Positions 59,056 through 64,000 of a stretch of DNA of 64,000 bases are shown piece by piece; the first letter of the stretch is position 1, and every line of letters begins with the position of its first letter. The stretch comes from an uncultured Gammaproteobacteria bacterium (lineage in GTDB: Bacteria > Patescibacteriota > Patescibacteriia > VMEV01 > CAYQCH01). The notes beneath the pieces are model-generated. The model searched no databases and had not been told where the DNA came from. It saw nothing but the letters and a program-made list of their open reading frames with translations. The stretch is taken from positions 13,138-77,137 of the forward strand of contig CAYGRO010000002.1 in the NCBI GenBank assembly GCA_964352335.1. The letters run 5' to 3'. The translations under genes and the position numbers were made by a program.

Positions 59056-60417
59056 CTAAAATTGTGCCAATGCTCGATGTATTACTTCTGGTAAAGCAGG
59101 ATGAACATGAATTGTATTAACAATTTCACTGATTTTCCCTTTTCTACGCATCACTGGAAGAACTTCATGAATTAATGTAGAAGCTTCTGGACCGAGTATA
59201 TGGCAACCTAAAATTGTTTCTCCTTTTTCATCAGCCAGCACTTTTACAAAAGATGTTTCATCTCTAAATGCCATTCCCATTCCAGTATTTTTATAATCAT
59301 AACGAGAGACTTTGTATTTAACGCCTGCTTCTTTTAATTCTTGTTCTGTTTTACCAACCCCAGCCATTTGTGGCGAAGTAAAGACAGCATATGGCATGGC
59401 GGTATAATCAATTTTAGATTTTTTTGGGAGGAATAGATTTTTCACAATCCCTTCTGCTTCTAAATTTGCCGAATGTTTAAAAAAGTATTTACCAGCAATA
59501 TCCCCCAATGCCCACACACCTGGCACAGAAGTCTCTAAATAATCATTATTTGTGATATAGCCACGATCTGTTAAGTCATACCCAACTTCTTTTAACTTTA
59601 ACGTATCTGTATTCGGCTTTCTCCCAACAACAACCAATAATTGATCTGACGTAATAGTAGATTTCTTTTTCGTTGCAAGATTTTCAACTTGTACTTTGAT
59701 CTTCCCCTTCACCTTGCTTACACTCATCGCATTTGAATTGAGCAATACTTTATGTTTTTTAGAAAACTCTTCTGTAAAGGTTTTTGAGATATCTTGATCA
59801 GTATTCTTTAACATTTGATCCCCCCTTTCAATAATTGTGACCTTTGATCCTAATGCCCCAAAAAAATGAGACAATTCTGCAGAAATATATCCACCACCAA
59901 TAACGGTCAACGTTTTTGGAAGCTTTTTCAGTCGTAAAGCTTCTTTACTTGTGAGGTAATCTACTTTATCTAAACCAGGAATAGGTGGTACAAATGGCCG
60001 ACCTCCTGCGGCAATAATAATTTTATCGGCAGTAATTGTTTCTTTTCCAACTTGAATAACTTTTTTATCGATAAACTTTGCCTTCTTTTGAAAAACCGTA
60101 ATATTTGGATTCTGCTTATTCCCTGCCAATACATTTTTTGCATCTTGATCAACTGTTTTTGAAACTCGCTCAATAAGTTCAGAGAATTTCACCCCATTGT
60201 ATTTAGCTTTGATTGAATACTTACTGGCATTCTTGATTGATTCAACAATATCAGCCGCATGAATCAGCATTTTTGAAGGAATACACCCACGATTCAAACA
60301 AGTCCCCCCAAATGGCCCCGAATCCACCACAGCAACCTTCCACCCCTGAGCAGCCGCCGTAGAAGACACCGTCAATCCAGACCCCGCCCCAATAACAATC
60401 AAATCAAATTTTTTCAT
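59056..60417 (-). CDS. pyridine nucleotide-disulfide oxidoreductase (dihydrolipoamide dehydrogenase/mycothione reductase-like)
   Basis: IGAGSG, GGTCLNRGCIPSK, IGGGYI, HVHPALPE. Start placed at 60417. Confidence 0.92.
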   Translation of the reverse strand: MKKFDLIVIGAGSGLTVSSTAAAQGWKVAVVDSGPFGGTCLNRGCIPSKMLIHAADIVESIKNASKYSIKAKYNGVKFSELIERVSKTVDQDAKNVLAGNKQNPNITVFQKKAKFIDKKVIQVGKETITADKIIIAAGGRPFVPPIPGLDKVDYLTSKEALRLKKLPKTLTVIGGGYISAELSHFFGALGSKVTIIERGDQMLKNTDQDISKTFTEEFSKKHKVLLNSNAMSVSKVKGKIKVQVENLATKKKSTITSDQLLVVVGRKPNTDTLKLKEVGYDLTDRGYITNNDYLETSVPGVWALGDIAGKYFFKHSANLEAEGIVKNLFLPKKSKIDYTAMPYAVFTSPQMAGVGKTEQELKEAGVKYKVSRYDYKNTGMGMAFRDETSFVKVLADEKGETILGCHILGPEASTLIHEVLPVMRRKGKISEIVNTIHVHPALPEVIHRALAQF

Positions 60418-60479
60418 AAATAACCCAAAATTAAGGTTCAAACCCTCACTAGCATTGTACCACGAATGGCTCCCCACCC

Positions 60480-60550
60480 CCTTGTCATTCCTGCGCAGGC
60501 AGGAATCTCCCGATATTGATGAGATACCCGCCTGCGCGGGCATGACAAGG
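60480..60550. repeat. REP-like palindromic element (GTCAT...ATGAC ends)
   Basis: CCTTGTCAT...ATGACAAGG terminal inverted repeat; sub-hairpins TTCCTGC-GCAG-GCAGGAA and CCCGC-CTGC-GCGGG. Confidence 0.88.
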
Positions 60551-60595
60551 ATTTATATCGAGCAACTTTATGAAACAATAATCAACCCAACAAAA

Positions 60596-60626
60596 TCAAA
60601 AACCCTCCTCAAAACAAGAAGGGTTA
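60596..60626 (-). terminator. intrinsic terminator after the TMEM43-like gene
   Basis: Minus strand aacccttctt-loop-gaggagggtt followed by a T-rich tract. Confidence 0.55.
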
Positions 60627-60645
60627 ATTGATCAAGAAAATTCAA

Positions 60646-61806
60646 TTATGAATTGCTCGGTTCTACTTTAGGACTATCCATTTTCTTCTCTTTCATTTTC
60701 AACCAGTAGAAAACCCCACCAGCAGTTAATAAGAGAATAATAATCACAGCCCAAATATTATGCAGAATCATTGAAACCAAAATGGTAATAATTGTTGCAA
60801 CCAAACTGACAATAAATGTCGCGATCTTAACAACAGATCGTGTTAAATGTGCAAGGAATGGAATAACGGCAGCTAATACACCAATAGGACCAAAGACCAT
60901 ATTAAGCCCAATCCACATCATTAAGAAACCAACAAGACGGAAAACCCAAAGCATTGTTTTGTATTCACCATGTAAAGTTGATACAGCTTGTTCTGGAGAA
61001 GACCCAGGAAAAGCACGGTAAAGTGTATTTCCTTCTTTATCTAAGAAAGGCAAAATTGAATCCCCTTTTAGTTTTCCAAATACAATTACATCTTGATTTG
61101 ATTCAATAACTTTATAGCTAATTCTTGTATCACCAACTTCTGGTGCAGTAATTGTTCCAAAACCATTGAAGATATATTTAGTTCCAGCTAATTCTGCTGT
61201 TGACTCTTCTGAAATAACTGTATTTTCTTCAGTCAATACAAGTAATTCTGCTGAAGGCATAACAAGAGACTTAGGATCAACACTATACACACCTAACATT
61301 GCTGAATTAGCTGTGCTTGTAAGATCGTCAACCTGTTTTGAAGAATTTTCATGTCCTGCAGGAATTTTAAAATCTGCAGATTCTGCTGGATTACTCACCC
61401 AATCTTTTGAATAAGTATAAGTTGTTTCTGTTTCTTCAGAACCACCAAGTTTTTCTTCTGACTTGGTACTTGTTTTTTCTACCCATGAATAAACTTCTAC
61501 TAAACGTTGCACTTTTAGATAATTACTTGGTTGTAAAAACAAATCATCTGATAAAAGATCTTCTGTTATTAATGAACCAGCGGCTGAAACTAATGAATCT
61601 TCTAATTCTGCATCTGTATTTATTTCTGCAGATGAAATAGCAATGGCATCATCAGCGACTTTTGAAAGATCTGCTCTTCCTTCGTTCCAAAAGAGAACAC
61701 CAAAAGAACCAAGAAATAAAATAACTCCAACTAACATCCCACTTAAAGAACTTCCTAAACGACTTCCCCACCCTCGTTTTGAAGTTTCCGTAAAAACGTC
61801 TGGCAT
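60646..61806 (-). CDS. TMEM43/DUF1625-family membrane protein
   Basis: LFWNEGR, QRLVEVYSWVE, YSKDW, PEVGDTRISY, WVFRLVGFLMMWIGL. Confidence 0.85.
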   Translation of the reverse strand: MPDVFTETSKRGWGSRLGSSLSGMLVGVILFLGSFGVLFWNEGRADLSKVADDAIAISSAEINTDAELEDSLVSAAGSLITEDLLSDDLFLQPSNYLKVQRLVEVYSWVEKTSTKSEEKLGGSEETETTYTYSKDWVSNPAESADFKIPAGHENSSKQVDDLTSTANSAMLGVYSVDPKSLVMPSAELLVLTEENTVISEESTAELAGTKYIFNGFGTITAPEVGDTRISYKVIESNQDVIVFGKLKGDSILPFLDKEGNTLYRAFPGSSPEQAVSTLHGEYKTMLWVFRLVGFLMMWIGLNMVFGPIGVLAAVIPFLAHLTRSVVKIATFIVSLVATIITILVSMILHNIWAVIIILLLTAGGVFYWLKMKEKKMDSPKVEPSNS

Positions 61807-61934
61807 AGCGCAAATTTTAATAATGAATATAAATGAATTGTATTTTGATTCCACTTGTTTTACAAGGGATAAAAACAACTAGCCCTTTACATAATTGAAA
61901 TTTTTATGTATGGTATATGGATTAATCACTTCCT

Positions 61935-62651
61935 ATGGAAACTCTACGCCTTCAAAAATTTATCGCAGACCAAGGGGTTGCATCTCGTCGAAAAGCCGAG
62001 GATCTTATTCGTGAAGGAAGAGTTCGTGTAAACGGAGAAGTGGCTCATATTGGCCAAAAAATCAACCCAGAAGTCGACCAAGTTGTCATTAAAGGACAAA
62101 GCTTGCAAGTAAGATCATCTGAGCCAATTGTGTATATTTTCAATAAACCAAAAGGGATTACTAGTACAACCAGAAAATTCAAAGGAGAAAAGAATATTCT
62201 CAGCTTTTTTCCTAATACTCACCGTTTATTCCCTGCTGGACGACTAGATAAAGATTCTCGAGGCATGATGATTATTACCAATGATGGTGAATTAGCCAAT
62301 GAAATCATGCATCCATCGAAACAGTCAGAAAAAGAGTATATTGTTACGACCTATGAACCATTAGATGACCTTGCCATGAAACGACTTAGACAAGGAATTA
62401 CCTACGAAAAAATCAACTATAAGCTTATTTCGGCAAAAGAGTTAAAGAAAAATGAATACCGTATCGTCCTTGGAGAAGGAAAAAAACGTCATATTCGTAT
62501 GATGTTTAGAGCCTTGAATGTAAAAATCCGTGATTTATACAGAAAACGTATAAATGACCTAGAAATAGGAAAGCTCCCCGTTGGAAAGTATAAAGAGCTC
62601 ACTCAAGAAGAAATAGCTCTCGTTTTACAAAATAGTCGAAAAAAGCGCTAA
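61935..62651 (+). CDS. RsuA/RluB-family rRNA pseudouridine synthase
   Basis: S4 domain RLQKFIA..SRRKAE; NKPKG; GRLDKDSRG; EGKKRHIR. Confidence 0.95.
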   Translation: METLRLQKFIADQGVASRRKAEDLIREGRVRVNGEVAHIGQKINPEVDQVVIKGQSLQVRSSEPIVYIFNKPKGITSTTRKFKGEKNILSFFPNTHRLFPAGRLDKDSRGMMIITNDGELANEIMHPSKQSEKEYIVTTYEPLDDLAMKRLRQGITYEKINYKLISAKELKKNEYRIVLGEGKKRHIRMMFRALNVKIRDLYRKRINDLEIGKLPVGKYKELTQEEIALVLQNSRKKR

Positions 62652-62667
62652 ATCAAGCGCTTTTTTT
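62639..62667. terminator. bidirectional intrinsic terminator
   Basis: aaaaaagcgct-aaatca-agcgctttttt between convergent genes. Confidence 0.8.
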
Positions 62668-62731
62668 AATGTAAAAATACAACTAAAAAACTATTTATCA
62701 TAAAGTGACATAGGTGCATATTTACAAAAAA

Positions 62732-64000
62732 TTACAGAGTTGTATCATCTTCTTCCCCAGTTGCAATGGTTGGTACAAATGCTTTTTCAAATAATCGTAA
62801 CTTCCCTTTTATTCCTTGTTCGTAATAGAGATACTCCTCGTTTCCAATAAAACGCAAAACGAATAAATAGATTAAACCACCAATCACTGATGGCAATAAG
62901 AAGTGAATAAAAACCCCTTTTACCGTGAGTAAATTTAATAAGGGTCCCGAAAATTCTTTGATCAACTGAATTACTAAAATCATAGCACCAGAAGCAATAA
63001 TTGTTTGCCAGATTGTTTGTCTTAAACAACGGATCTCTTCATCTGCTTTTATCTTTAGTAATGACGCCAATAAAACTAATTGTAAAAAGCTTGCCACACT
63101 AAAAGCAAAAGCTAATCCCACGACACCATTTTCAAATAATTCAACAAACCAATAGCTTAACCCTATCGTTGCAACTAAACCAGCAAGCGCTGAATATAAC
63201 GGATACTTGGTATTCTTTTTTGCATAAAAACCACGAGACAAAAGTGGTATAAGCGCTTGTGCAAAAAGCCCAGGAACAAAATAGAGTAATGTTTTAGCTG
63301 TCACTAAAGTTGAATTCCAACTAAATTCTCCAGCACCATATACTAATCGAACAATTTGTTCATCGAGTAGAATAAAGAGAACAATGGTTGGCATTAAAAA
63401 AAATAAGATTTGAGAAACCGTTTTATAAATTGTATAAGCAAATTCAGATTCTTTCCCTTCTGCAATATATTCAGACAAAACAGGAAAAGCCGAAACGGCA
63501 AATGAAATTCCAAAAAGCCCAATTGGTACATGAGCGAGATTACTAGCAAAATTGAAAATAGTGAGACTTCCTTGCTCAAGACTCGTCGCAAAAATAGTTA
63601 CAACAAGTAAGTTTACTTGAAAAATGACTAAACTTATTGTTCGTGGTCCCATTAGAGAGATAATCTCTTTCAATCCTTTTGTTTGCCAAATATTTTTAAA
63701 ACTCCAAATAAAACCAAGCTTCATTGCAATGGTAGATTGCATAATCAAATGTAAAAAAGCACCAAGCACAACTCCATATGCCAAACCAATAAGCCCAAAT
63801 GGTTTTACAAGAAAAAACACACCAAAAATAATTCCAATATTATACAAAATCGGCGCGAGAGAATAGGCTAAAAATCTTTTAAACGTTTGCAAAACTCCTC
63901 CAAAAACAGAGCTAATGCCTAGCAAGATAGGAGAAGCCAACATAATTCTTGTAAGCAAAATTGTTTGATCTAATTGATCAGGGTTAAAACCTGGAGTAAT
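62732..64000 (-). CDS. murJ: lipid II flippase MurJ/MviN (N-terminus outside window)
   Basis: LAPILYNIGII, PIGLFGISFAVSAFP, RGFYAKKNTKYP. Confidence 0.93.
   Translation of the reverse strand: MTPGFNPDQLDQTILLTRIMLASPILLGISSVFGGVLQTFKRFLAYSLAPILYNIGIIFGVFFLVKPFGLIGLAYGVVLGAFLHLIMQSTIAMKLGFIWSFKNIWQTKGLKEIISLMGPRTISLVIFQVNLLVVTIFATSLEQGSLTIFNFASNLAHVPIGLFGISFAVSAFPVLSEYIAEGKESEFAYTIYKTVSQILFFLMPTIVLFILLDEQIVRLVYGAGEFSWNSTLVTAKTLLYFVPGLFAQALIPLLSRGFYAKKNTKYPLYSALAGLVATIGLSYWFVELFENGVVGLAFAFSVASFLQLVLLASLLKIKADEEIRCLRQTIWQTIIASGAMILVIQLIKEFSGPLLNLLTVKGVFIHFLLPSVIGGLIYLFVLRFIGNEEYLYYEQGIKGKLRLFEKAFVPTIATGEEDDTTL

Noticed and set aside
60418-60543. N-terminal extension of the oxidoreductase ORF
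   Set aside because: It is a read-through of the REP-like element and promoter region; family similarity starts at MKKFDLIVIG (60417).
2080-63866. Numerous 60-140-aa ORFs antisense to or out of frame within housekeeping genes
   Set aside because: Shadow ORFs without motifs or initiation signals.
1-64000. Alternative genetic code (UGA=Gly, as in Gracilibacteria/Absconditabacteria)
   Set aside because: Conserved genes are full length in code 11, and TGA ends genes at the expected C-termini (e.g. gltX at 20241).

Overview
A low-GC (visually about 33-36%) bacterial chromosomal window read with genetic code 11. Gene content and promoter style point to a CPR/Patescibacteria organism; this is inference. 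It holds housekeeping genes (fmt, def, priA-like, clpB, gltX, serS, lysS, greA, frr, holB, uvrB/A/C, a pseudouridine synthase), cell-envelope genes (MacB-type ABC permease, mrdA-mreD-mreC-mreB, a second mreB, ftsQ-like, murF-like, FemAB, DegT, GT2s, DUF4012, murJ, M23 peptidase) and glycoside hydrolases. No rRNA, tRNA, CRISPR array or transposase was seen. Highlights: (1) a solitary ~60% GC secreted-protein gene at 31012-31632 with an AT-rich sigma70 promoter, a Shine-Dalgarno sequence that flanking genes appear to lack, AAG-only Lys codons and a 25-bp G-U-rich 3' hairpin; (2) a symmetric 11-6-11 dif-like site at 23303-23330, next to nested inverted repeats, where gene orientation converges; (3) an MreB paralog with the catalytic Glu replaced by Gln; (4) a serS-hydrolase-murF-DegT-FemAB operon; (5) a TagA/WecG-RppH fusion; (6) a hotspot around the uvr genes with REP-like palindromes, a palindrome-flanked DUF559 nuclease, a chimeric deletion scar and locally G/T-skewed gene ends. 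All calls come from reading motifs; no database search was run.
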